Positions 9,088-16,575 of a stretch of DNA of 33,156 nt are shown in pieces. The stretch spans positions 1 through 33,156 of the IMG/VR virus record IMGVR_UViG_3300037851_000800; one strand, 5' to 3'. The stretch comes from a virus (taxonomy: Duplodnaviria; Caudoviricetes). Each line of letters starts with the position of its first letter. Position 1 is the first letter of the stretch. The position numbers and the translations under genes are program-made. The notes under the pieces were generated by a model. The model was not told the origin of the DNA and searched no databases. It was given only the letters and a program-made list of their open reading frames with translations.

Positions 9088-9325
9088 AATCCTCATCCGG
9101 GCCGGGCAGGGGCGGCAATAACCCGGCCTCGCGCATTACGATCTCCGGGGGAAGGTCCAGGGCGCTGGCTATTTTAGTGCAAAAATTGGTTCCAGGATTT
9201 TGTTGACCACTGATAACCATTGAGATATTTGAAGTGGTTAATCCTGATTGGCGGGATAATTCAGAGTTGCTCCAACCCCGTTTATTGAGTTCATCGTTCA
9301 ACCAGATGACAAATTTATTCTCCAT
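8927..9325 (-). CDS. cI-like XRE-family repressor without S24 peptidase domain
   Basis: WLNDELNKRGWSNSELSRQSGLTTSNISMVISGQQNPG HTH; divergent from Cro-like gene; ATG 9325 preferred over 9355. Confidence 0.85.
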   Translation of the reverse strand: MENKFVIWLNDELNKRGWSNSELSRQSGLTTSNISMVISGQQNPGTNFCTKIASALDLPPEIVMREAGLLPPLPGPDEDFTLKQLYDLGKRLSPQERERLLSIAELFFREEQARYRAEKELRDGNAAAKSTA

Positions 9326-9350
9326 AGTGAATATTTTAAGGTAAAAAGCC

Positions 9351-9446
9351 CTCATATCTATGATAATTTAACTCATCCTCTTGACAAATTACCACAAGGT
9401 GTGGTATATTTCTCATTGTAATGAGTTATTTCCTCATAGGAATGAA
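9351..9446. promoter_or_regulatory. Immunity region: four TCAT-N4-ATGA operators and rightward promoter
   Basis: CTCATATCTATGAT 9351, CTCATCCTCTTGAC 9372, CTCATTGTAATGAG 9412, CTCATAGGAATGAA 9433; TTGACA 9381 and TGgTATATT 9402-9410. Confidence 0.75.
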
Positions 9447-9448
9447 AA

Positions 9449-9736
9449 ATGAGCATCCCCTACGGACAAAAAATAAGAGCATTACGGGCCATCCGGGGTT
9501 TAACCCAGGTTGAGCTGGCCGCGCAGGCGGGGGTTGGCCGGGAAACGCTGGTACGGGTGGAGGCTACCCACGTAGCCAATAAAACCACCCGTCAAAAAAT
9601 AGAAGCCGCTTTTGGCCTGTCGTTTGACAGTCCGGCGGTGGAAATGGCTTTTTCTGTGCTGGCCACCGAGGCCGCCCGGCCCGATCTGGTGCGGCTGGCG
9701 CTGGCTATTTTGGAGCATCCCAATGGTCATTTCTAG
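9449..9736 (+). CDS. Cro-like XRE HTH regulator
   Basis: KIRALRAIRGLTQVELAAQAGVGRETLVRVE; divergent from the repressor. Confidence 0.85.
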   Translation: MSIPYGQKIRALRAIRGLTQVELAAQAGVGRETLVRVEATHVANKTTRQKIEAAFGLSFDSPAVEMAFSVLATEAARPDLVRLALAILEHPNGHF

Positions 9737-10023
9737 TCCTCCTGGTTCTGTTAGGGCGAGGGGCGTTTTTCTCCTTTCCGCCCCTCGCTCAACGGGTGAT
9801 TTAACAGACGCAGAGATGGCAGAGATGGCGGCTTGTCATTTTGTTGCGGCGCTGTTTGATTTGATGCGCGGCGTTCAGGTACCCGGCTCGATCACGCGTG
9901 GAATCGAGCCGGGGTTATTTTCTCTCGAGGCAGCTCTCCATCCGGTAACAATTCCGATAACCCCCACCAGGGCAAGGCCGGGTGGAGAGCCTCCTGGAGA
10001 GAAGGTTAACCAAAGTATACCAA

Positions 10024-10512
10024 ATGAATGAGCAATTGTATCAAATTTCGGTGGATTTTGATTTGATTTTACGGTTATTTTTGGCTTTTTTGTGGGGTAT
10101 TGGCTGGGCGCTGTTTTTGCACTACCACCACATTGGCCAGGATGTGGTTAAAAACAAAACGTGGCTGGCGGTGGTGGTGGGCATTGGGGTAGATTTACTG
10201 ATTGCCTACAACGCCGACTGGTGGACGGTGAGCGGGGTTATTGCGGCGAGCAGTATCGGCATTATCTGGCGCAGTTTGAGCGCCGAGAGCCAGCAGCAGC
10301 AGGTCAACTACAACGCCCACCACGTAAAATGGGGCATTATGGACGCCACCGCCATGGCCGATGATATGATCAAAAAACTGGCGGGGCTGCTGCGGGAACA
10401 CGACCCGCAAACGTTACCCGCCGCAATAAGCGAGTTATTAGGCACCGCCTACGCCCAGCGGGAAATTTTACGGGCGGCGCGGCAGGGGCGGCTGGTGGAG
10501 AAAAACGGGTAA
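10024..10512 (+). CDS. Membrane protein (three hydrophobic segments)
   Basis: Hydrophobic stretches in the N-terminal half; ATG 10024 preferred. Confidence 0.6.
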   Translation: MNEQLYQISVDFDLILRLFLAFLWGIGWALFLHYHHIGQDVVKNKTWLAVVVGIGVDLLIAYNADWWTVSGVIAASSIGIIWRSLSAESQQQQVNYNAHHVKWGIMDATAMADDMIKKLAGLLREHDPQTLPAAISELLGTAYAQREILRAARQGRLVEKNG

Positions 10513-10540
10513 ATGGATGCAACGCGGGATTGGAGAGCCA

Positions 10541-10810
10541 ATGGATTTGCCGGACGGGGCGCATATTATCAACGTGCCCGGCGAGAGTCGGCCAATTATG
10601 CACCGGGTGGTTTTTGTTATTGCCGGGCGGGGGTACATTACCGAGTTGTGCCGTCACTGTTTTGGCCGGGTGGCTATGGTAACTACCCGTTACGGCAAAC
10701 TGCAACCCCGCGACGCCGACGGCCAGGTGCATTTTGCCACCTGCCCGGTATTGCTGGCCCGGCGGCAACGGCGGCGGGCGCGAAAACCAAAACAGTTACG
10801 ATTACCATAA
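10541..10810 (+). CDS. Small Zn-finger-like phage protein
   Basis: CRHC...HFATCP ligand pattern; GGAGAG RBS before ATG 10541. Confidence 0.6.
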   Translation: MDLPDGAHIINVPGESRPIMHRVVFVIAGRGYITELCRHCFGRVAMVTTRYGKLQPRDADGQVHFATCPVLLARRQRRRARKPKQLRLP

Positions 10811-10877
10811 TTGTGTGCGCGTAGCAATTATTGATAACTCAAAATTATCAATTTTCAGAAAGATAAAAATACCGATT

Positions 10878-12098
10878 ATGCCGATTACAGACGATTTACA
10901 GTATAAATGGCAACTGGCGCTCAGCGATCTGAGCCGGCAAATGACCCAGGCCACGTTTGACGCCTGGCTGCGCGGTACGCGGCTGGTGGATATTGACGCC
11001 GCCGCCGATGCCCTGGTGGTGGTGGTGCCCAGCGAGGCGGCAAGGGTATGGCTGGAAAACCGGCTGTACGGCACGGTGCAGCGGGTTGTGCTGGCCGTGT
11101 TTGGGTATCCCTGGCGTATAAAATTTGTGGCCCCTCACTGGGGGCAGGATGAGGCAGACGACGATGACCCGCCCTCGGCCCCGGACCAGCCGCCGGTTGT
11201 TGACGGATTGGAGCCGGAGGTTGTTGATTTGCCTGACGAGGCTACCGTGGCCAAATTGGCCGGCGCGGATTACCATAAAATATATTACGCGGCGGGCGGG
11301 TTAGGTTATGCCATGATAAGCCATTACGCGGCCTATTTTTGGCAACCCTATTTGGGCCAGGCGTTTGCGCTGTGGAAACGGATTGACGCGGATGAGCGCA
11401 GCAGCCTGAAACAGGTGGAGAACCGCTGGAGCGCGCCGCGGCGATACCGGTACCGGCAACTGGCCCGCGCCCTGGGCAAGGATCATCCCCGCGTGATCAA
11501 GGGCGGGCCGGTGGAGTGCTGGTACACCAAAAACGGCCGCATTAACGGGCGGCAAGTGTTGGGGTGCTGCGGCAACCCGGAGCACCAGCCCTCGTGCGCC
11601 GAGATGGGCGCGGATCAATTGCCGCGCTGTTTGCACTGGCATCGGGGCCTGCTGCAAATACTGGCCGACGAGGGCCTGGCGGCGGTGGCGGCTACCGAGG
11701 CCGAGCGCTGGCTGAACAGGCTGGAGGTGCAGGTGTGGCGGTTGTTCCCGGTGCTCACGCCGTGGCAGGTCAGCCGGCTCAACATCCAGTTGCAGGAGGA
11801 GCACGAGCGCTGGCTCGAGGGGCAGGGCGACCGGCCCAAACTGGGCGAGGCGTTGGGCGTGACGCTGCGCGAGTGGGAGCAGATAGAGGCCCGCACGCTG
11901 GTGCCGTTAATGACCGGTTACGCCGATTTTAGATTACTGTTTGACAATTACGCCCCGGACGCCGAGTTTTTGGCGCAGGCGGGTTTTAATAACGGGGGTA
12001 ATTTCTTGTGGCGCGCACACCACAAGATTGAGGATGATTTGGAGGAAATGGGCAATCTTGTGGCGCGCACGCCACAAGGCGTTGACATAATGGCGTAA
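10878..12098 (+). CDS. Replication initiator-like protein with DnaA N-terminal domain
   Basis: WQLALSDLSRQMTQATFDAWL...VVVVPSEAARVWLENRL resembles DnaA domain I; no AAA+ Walker motifs follow; repeats and an AT-rich tract lie at the 3' end. Confidence 0.7.
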   Translation: MPITDDLQYKWQLALSDLSRQMTQATFDAWLRGTRLVDIDAAADALVVVVPSEAARVWLENRLYGTVQRVVLAVFGYPWRIKFVAPHWGQDEADDDDPPSAPDQPPVVDGLEPEVVDLPDEATVAKLAGADYHKIYYAAGGLGYAMISHYAAYFWQPYLGQAFALWKRIDADERSSLKQVENRWSAPRRYRYRQLARALGKDHPRVIKGGPVECWYTKNGRINGRQVLGCCGNPEHQPSCAEMGADQLPRCLHWHRGLLQILADEGLAAVAATEAERWLNRLEVQVWRLFPVLTPWQVSRLNIQLQEEHERWLEGQGDRPKLGEALGVTLREWEQIEARTLVPLMTGYADFRLLFDNYAPDAEFLAQAGFNNGGNFLWRAHHKIEDDLEEMGNLVARTPQGVDIMA

Positions 12099-12310
12099 AT
12101 GTTTTTTTTTGGCAATTTGTTGGGGCGTTGTTGCGCTAGCAATAACCCAACAACGGGCCGTTATGTCACAACCGGCCCCGGCGGGTTGGGGCAGCGCAAC
12201 CCAACAACCGCGCCGCTTGTGCCATCGTTCTCGACGGAAAAGGGGGGGAAGAATTAATAATAAATATTAATTAAAAGAAAAGAAAAATATATATGAGAGA
12301 ACAAATAGAA
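12005..12310. other. Candidate replication origin
   Basis: 22-bp palindromic direct repeats CTTGTGGCGCGCAC(A/G)CCACAAG at 12005 and 12057, GTTGGG...CCCAAC palindromes at 12117-12207, AT-rich tract ~12249-12310. Confidence 0.6.
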
Positions 12311-12418
12311 TTGATTTGGTGGCGCACGTGGTTTCGGTGGGCGAAGGGCCGCCGCACCTGCCGGGTAGAGCGCTCCGACGGGGCGCGCAAGTGGGCTTAT
12401 GAGGTTTATTTGAATTAA
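12293..12418 (+). CDS. Small hypothetical protein (41 aa)
   Basis: MREQIELIWWRTWFRWAKG...; fills the gap before the next RBS; below the ORF-track cutoff. Confidence 0.3.
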   Translation: MREQIELIWWRTWFRWAKGRRTCRVERSDGARKWAYEVYLN

Positions 12419-12425
12419 GGAGACA

Positions 12426-12743
12426 ATGATGGATCAGTTAAGTTTATTTGGCAACGAGCAGCGCAAGATACGGATATACCTGGACCCGCAGGCGGGTCCC
12501 GCGCCGTGGGAGCAAAAGCCGGTGGTAGAGGTAAAAATCCAAATGGAGCCGCAACCGGACCGCCCGTGGGGTAGCTGGCCGGCCACGCTGGAGCTGTGGG
12601 TTAGTGGTGTTCCGGCGCGGCGGGTGTTTACCACCTGCGCCGATATGCCGGGCCAGTTGCAAACTCTGCTGGCCGAGCGGTTTACCCCGCCACCGGTGGC
12701 AGAGGACGTACCGGTGGGGGTGCCGGAGTGGCTTAATGTTTAG
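12426..12743 (+). CDS. Hypothetical protein
   Basis: AAGGAG RBS; starts with the QLSLF motif common in phage early proteins. Confidence 0.65.
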   Translation: MMDQLSLFGNEQRKIRIYLDPQAGPAPWEQKPVVEVKIQMEPQPDRPWGSWPATLELWVSGVPARRVFTTCADMPGQLQTLLAERFTPPPVAEDVPVGVPEWLNV

Positions 12744-13086
12744 GCAGCGGACAGAGGCGGATGATGCGGCCATGCTGGACGGGGCGGAGCAATGCCCGTT
12801 GTGCGGGGTGTACCATCAGCCGGAAATGCCGCACGCGCTGACCGGGTTGTTTGAGCGCAATTTTACCCAACAGCACGGGCGCGCGCCCCAGTTTGCGGAC
12901 ACGCTGGCCCATTGCGGGCCGGCGGTGCAGCAGGCGTGGCAGCAAATACAACAGGCGCAGGTGTATTATGCCTGTTTCCAGGCCACGTATCGCGTGGGCA
13001 GGCGGGGGATGCGGGACCGTAACGGGCAACGGCTGCGGGATTTGAGTGATCTGATGATTGCCGAGGCCGAGGGGAGATGGCCCTAG
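12736..13086 (+). CDS. Hypothetical Cys/His protein
   Basis: ATG 12736 overlapping the previous stop; CPLC-x2-YH-x5-H and AHC motifs. Confidence 0.6.
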   Translation: MFRQRTEADDAAMLDGAEQCPLCGVYHQPEMPHALTGLFERNFTQQHGRAPQFADTLAHCGPAVQQAWQQIQQAQVYYACFQATYRVGRRGMRDRNGQRLRDLSDLMIAEAEGRWP

Positions 13087-13146
13087 TTGAGGGCGGATAC
13101 TTCTGATTTGCCTGTTAAAACAGGCAATAAAAACTAAATTCGCCGA

Positions 13147-13366
13147 GTCATCCGGGGCGATTATAAATACTGGATGACCCGCGTGTGTGTCGCCCGATGC
13201 AAGACGCAAGCAGGGCTGGGTGGGGTAGGCTCACCCAGCCCATATTTAATCGGCAAACGAGAGGTATCCGATTAACAAATTAAAGCCCCGGTCAGTAGAT
13301 CGGTACCGGCCGGGGCAAGCTGCTGGAGACGCAGCAGCCGTTATGATTTTACATAAAATACGGCTG
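13147..13366 (+). ncRNA. Candidate structured RNA (six successive hairpins)
   Basis: Intergenic; see finding for stem coordinates. Confidence 0.35.
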
Positions 13367-13398
13367 GCTGACAAGTCGTATTTTTTATTTGGAGGCGA

Positions 13399-13605
13399 AT
13401 GATGGTGGTTGAAATGCTGGTTTTGATGGCGGCGTTACTGATCGGGCCAATCGCGCTCGTGGTAGGGGTGGTGTGGGTGCTGGCGTTACGCGCCGGGGCA
13501 AAGGAAACGCGGCTGGTGGCCGCGTGGCGGGAGTCGCTGGAGCAGGGGCCGCGAGTGGTGCTGGTGCGGCGGTCATCGTTTACGAGTTTGCGTGATGAGG
13601 ATTGA
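13399..13605 (+). CDS. Small single-pass membrane protein
   Basis: GGAGG RBS; long hydrophobic N-terminus. Confidence 0.6.
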   Translation: MMVVEMLVLMAALLIGPIALVVGVVWVLALRAGAKETRLVAAWRESLEQGPRVVLVRRSSFTSLRDED

Positions 13606-13607
13606 CT

Positions 13608-14486
13608 ATGAAAAAATTTAACGTGATGGAATTTATATCACAAAATTCTATCGTCATTGTGCCGCTGTTCCCTATGGCCGTGGTGGGAGTGGCCGCCTAT
13701 TATTTTGCCATCGGGGCCGGGCTGCATTGGGCGCTGGCGCTGGCGCTGGCCGGGGTGGCGGCCTTAGCCATTGAATTGGCCGGGATCAGTTCATTTCGGA
13801 CCCTCACCGGCGTGTATCAGAGTTTCAAGCAGCATCACCATGATGGTTTTGTGGTGGCCGAATTTGCGCTGCTGGTGGTTGGCGTGGCGGTGTACATTGT
13901 GGCCATTGTGCTGGCCTCGCTGGTACTGGAACGGCAATTTGCGGGATCGTGGCCGTTGGGGGCAATGGCCGGGCTGATGGCGGTGGCGGTGTATATTGTG
14001 CGGGCGGTAGGCGAATCGTACACGGTGATTGAGCAGGAAGTCGAACAGGATAAAGAGTTTGAACGGTTCCGGCGCGAACAGCTATTTGAACAGGAATTGA
14101 AAGACCGCGAACACGCCCGGCGAATGGAGAGCAAACAGGAAACTGTGCACGCCTATGAAACGCGCATCGATCTGGAACAGGCCAAAAAGGGCCAGTTGAA
14201 CAGGTCCCCAACGGCCTCGAACAGGGGAAAACAGGGATTGCGGCCACCGGCGGCAACCAGCCCGGCGTTCAAGAGCGCGTTTGAGGCGCAGCCGGAACGC
14301 AACCGCGCGAACAGAGAGCAACGAAAAGAACAGCTATTGAATGTTTTGTCCGAACAGCCGGAGATAGGCCAAAATGAAGCCGGACGAAGGGTCGGCATAG
14401 CGGCCTCAACCGCGTCCGACTATGTTCGGGAACTGACCGAGTCTGGACGGTTAGGCAAAAATGGCAGCGGCTGGAAAGTCAGATAA
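13608..14486 (+). CDS. Multi-pass membrane protein with coiled coil and C-terminal winged HTH
   Basis: Four hydrophobic segments, charged helix, then QNEAGRRVGIAASTASDYVRELTESG HTH. Confidence 0.7.
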   Translation: MKKFNVMEFISQNSIVIVPLFPMAVVGVAAYYFAIGAGLHWALALALAGVAALAIELAGISSFRTLTGVYQSFKQHHHDGFVVAEFALLVVGVAVYIVAIVLASLVLERQFAGSWPLGAMAGLMAVAVYIVRAVGESYTVIEQEVEQDKEFERFRREQLFEQELKDREHARRMESKQETVHAYETRIDLEQAKKGQLNRSPTASNRGKQGLRPPAATSPAFKSAFEAQPERNRANREQRKEQLLNVLSEQPEIGQNEAGRRVGIAASTASDYVRELTESGRLGKNGSGWKVR

Positions 14487-14500
14487 TTGCAGGATTACTT

Positions 14501-15172
14501 ATGCGTAAAACCAACTTGACCCAACTTGCAAAGGCCGCCGGCGCTTACGTGGTGGTGTCCGGCCTCACGGTTGACACTGCGCTGGCCCTGGCCGATAGCG
14601 CCCGCCTGTATGACGTGCCCGGCGCGTGGTATCTGCACGGCCCAATGCTGGCCTACGTGGCCGCCGGGGTGCCGCTGTCAATCAGCCTGGCCGAGCGGGC
14701 GTTGAAGACGATTGACGACCGGCCGGGCGCGATTGTGGCCGACGTGGAGGGCAACGGGCCGGCGCGACGGGGGATTCCGTTTACCGCGCGCGGCAAGCCG
14801 GGCACACTGTTTGCGTCAACGGTTGCCAGCATTTTTGACCATCAGGAGGTTGAGGACAGCAAGGGCCGGGAGCGCCGTCCGGCGGTATGGCACGTGCCGG
14901 TGGGAGATGATAACTGGGTGACGGTGCGCGAGTCGGAATTGCGCGCGTTTTTGGACACGGCCTACAAGCGCAAAAAACACCAATTCAGCCGCAATTATTG
15001 GACAAAATCACGCCGCCCGGCACTGTGGGAAGTGAGATACAGTGCATTTATGCGCCTGTTGACCGAGGCCGGGCTGGTTGAAGGCCGCGCGTTTGGCGCA
15101 TCGGGCCGGTTGGTGATGTTTCCGCGCGAGGCGATTATGTACCTGAAATACGAGAGTCAATTTGCAGTATAG
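14501..15172 (+). CDS. Hypothetical protein, hydrophobic N-terminus
   Basis: AGGA RBS; 223-aa ORF in the same operon. Confidence 0.65.
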   Translation: MRKTNLTQLAKAAGAYVVVSGLTVDTALALADSARLYDVPGAWYLHGPMLAYVAAGVPLSISLAERALKTIDDRPGAIVADVEGNGPARRGIPFTARGKPGTLFASTVASIFDHQEVEDSKGRERRPAVWHVPVGDDNWVTVRESELRAFLDTAYKRKKHQFSRNYWTKSRRPALWEVRYSAFMRLLTEAGLVEGRAFGASGRLVMFPREAIMYLKYESQFAV

Positions 15173-15174
15173 TA

Positions 15175-15248
15175 CCTGCGAACCTGTGACAACCTGCGAA
15201 ACCTGCGAAACCTGCGTAGGCGTAAAATCCGCAACAGGTTTGGCAGGT
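15175..15248. repeat. ACCTGCGAA short tandem repeats with inverted CAGGT copies
   Basis: acctgcgaacctgtgacaacctgcgaaacctgcgaaacctgcg followed by caggtttggcaggt. Confidence 0.65.
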
Positions 15249-15276
15249 GGCGAGTAGGTTAGGAAAGATTAGAAAA

Positions 15277-15819
15277 ATGAAATTGATAGATTGCGCCCGC
15301 CAGGCAATGGCCGAGATGGAATACACCCCGGCCACGACCCGCACTTACATCCGTTCCGGTTTGAGCGTGAGCGAGTGCGCGCGGCTGCGGATTAGGCAGT
15401 TGGATTTTGGGACAAATTTAGTTATACTAAACAACAGGACAACTGTTCTGCCGGATTTGGGCCGGGAGCAACTCCAGGCGCAGGCGGCGCTGGCGCGTGA
15501 TTGGCCCGGTAACGTGGAGGGTTATGTATTCCCGTCCAGCCGGATGCACGGCGGGCGCTGCTGGCACGTATCGCCATCCAGCCTGCAAAAGGCGCTGAAA
15601 CAGGCGGCTCCAGGAGACCGGCGGATCACACCGCGGGTATTGCGGCACTCGTTTGTGCTGCGGTTGCTGGAGGCAGGTTATGATGTTCGCACCGTGCAGG
15701 AGGTGTCCGGTTTTGCGGATGTGGAATCGGTGATGGTGTACCAGCGGATGCTCGACACGCGCGGCGTGGTCAGTCCGTTGGATGAGTTGACATATGCGGA
15801 AAAATCCGCAGATGAGTAG
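15277..15819 (+). CDS. intI: Degenerate, internally deleted integron integrase (probably catalytically inactive)
   Basis: IntI-like segments MKLID...TYI, SGLSVSECARLR, YVFPSSR, HVSPSSLQKALKQAA, LRHSF, LLEAGYDVRTVQE, GVVSPLD; 180 aa; catalytic R1, K, H and H/W positions altered. Confidence 0.8.
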   Translation: MKLIDCARQAMAEMEYTPATTRTYIRSGLSVSECARLRIRQLDFGTNLVILNNRTTVLPDLGREQLQAQAALARDWPGNVEGYVFPSSRMHGGRCWHVSPSSLQKALKQAAPGDRRITPRVLRHSFVLRLLEAGYDVRTVQEVSGFADVESVMVYQRMLDTRGVVSPLDELTYAEKSADE

Positions 15820-15825
15820 TTAGCT
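15795..15825 (+). other. attI-like junction at the integrase stop codon
   Basis: G/TTAGCT core at 15819 whose downstream 11 nt are the exact reverse complement of the end of cassette 1; TGCGGA-AAAA-TCCGCA palindrome just upstream. Confidence 0.65.
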
Positions 15826-15835
15826 GGACTAAGAG

Positions 15836-16507
15836 ATGTCACTTGATAGCATAATCATAACCGGCGATGCCCGGCAAATAGAACTAGCTCAATTCCCTAA
15901 TCGTTACGGTGTGATTGTCGCTGACCCCCCCTGGCCGTATCGTGTGGCGAAAGGACAAGGCACGGCAAAAGACCAGTACGAGCTAATGACTGATAAAGAG
16001 ATTTACGCCATGCCAGTGGGCCATCTTGCCAAGTCCGATAGTGTACTTTTGCTGTGGGGAACGTGGCCGAAACTACCAGAAGCATTAGCTACTATGCAAG
16101 CCTGGGGATTTGAGTATGTGACCGGCTTCCCCTGGATAAAGATGAACAAAAACGGGCATGGTGTTTATTACGGGGTTGGTTATTGGGTGCGCGGTTGTTC
16201 TGAGTTTGTTTTTATCGGAAAGCGGGGCGATGTGTCAGCCCCAAGAATGGATGGGTTTTTAGGGCTAATGTCCCCAAATTTTCAGCACAGCCGAAAGCCA
16301 AACAGCATCCACGAATTAGCCGAAGCATTACCAGGCCCTTATCTTGAATTGTTTGCTCGGCGCTCTATGCCCGGCTGGACAAGTTTTGGAAATGAAGTTG
16401 AGGACATTAAAACGGGGTTGGTGTTACGTCCAGCTAACAAGGGCATGAAGCCGACTTGCTACCAGTCTAAATTTCAACTCCCCCTTGCTGGCGAAGGGGA
16501 TTTATAA
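15836..16507 (+). CDS. Cassette 1: MT-A70-family N6-adenine methyltransferase
   Basis: ADPPW, LLLWGT, WGFEY, HSRKP and LELFAR motifs. Confidence 0.9.
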   Translation: MSLDSIIITGDARQIELAQFPNRYGVIVADPPWPYRVAKGQGTAKDQYELMTDKEIYAMPVGHLAKSDSVLLLWGTWPKLPEALATMQAWGFEYVTGFPWIKMNKNGHGVYYGVGYWVRGCSEFVFIGKRGDVSAPRMDGFLGLMSPNFQHSRKPNSIHELAEALPGPYLELFARRSMPGWTSFGNEVEDIKTGLVLRPANKGMKPTCYQSKFQLPLAGEGDL

Positions 16508-16557
16508 TCAATCAATCGGGGCCAGCCCGCAAGCGGCTTATGCCCCACCAGTTAGGG
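16432..16557 (+). other. attC1 (126 bp)
   Basis: AGCTAAC...GGGCAT(G)AAGCCG(A)CTTGC / GCAAGCGGCTTATGCCC...GTTAGGG. Confidence 0.9.
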
Positions 16558-16575
16558 GCTAAAGCGGATTGGCTT

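Noticed and set aside
9612-10031. 139-aa ORF overlapping cro
   Set aside because: No RBS or motif and it spans three hairpins; a shorter version from 9816 cannot be excluded
10878-12098. A true chromosomal dnaA
   Set aside because: Only domain I is similar; no Walker A/B or domain IV, and the context is phage
13147-13366. tRNA gene
   Set aside because: No cloverleaf or TTCRA T-loop found by eye
15787-15815. TTGACA at 15787 as the -35 of a Pc cassette promoter
   Set aside because: No acceptable -10 at 16-18-bp spacing
15277-15819. Tyrosine recombinase as the phage integrase or a XerC/D resolvase
   Set aside because: Most catalytic residues are lost, the motifs are IntI-like, and a complete serine integrase is present
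16540-16575. Longer starts in the ORF track (16540; also 4504, 10734, 15247, 19434, 20138)
   Set aside because: They lie inside attC sites, promoters or upstream genes; downstream starts fit RBSs or domain boundaries better
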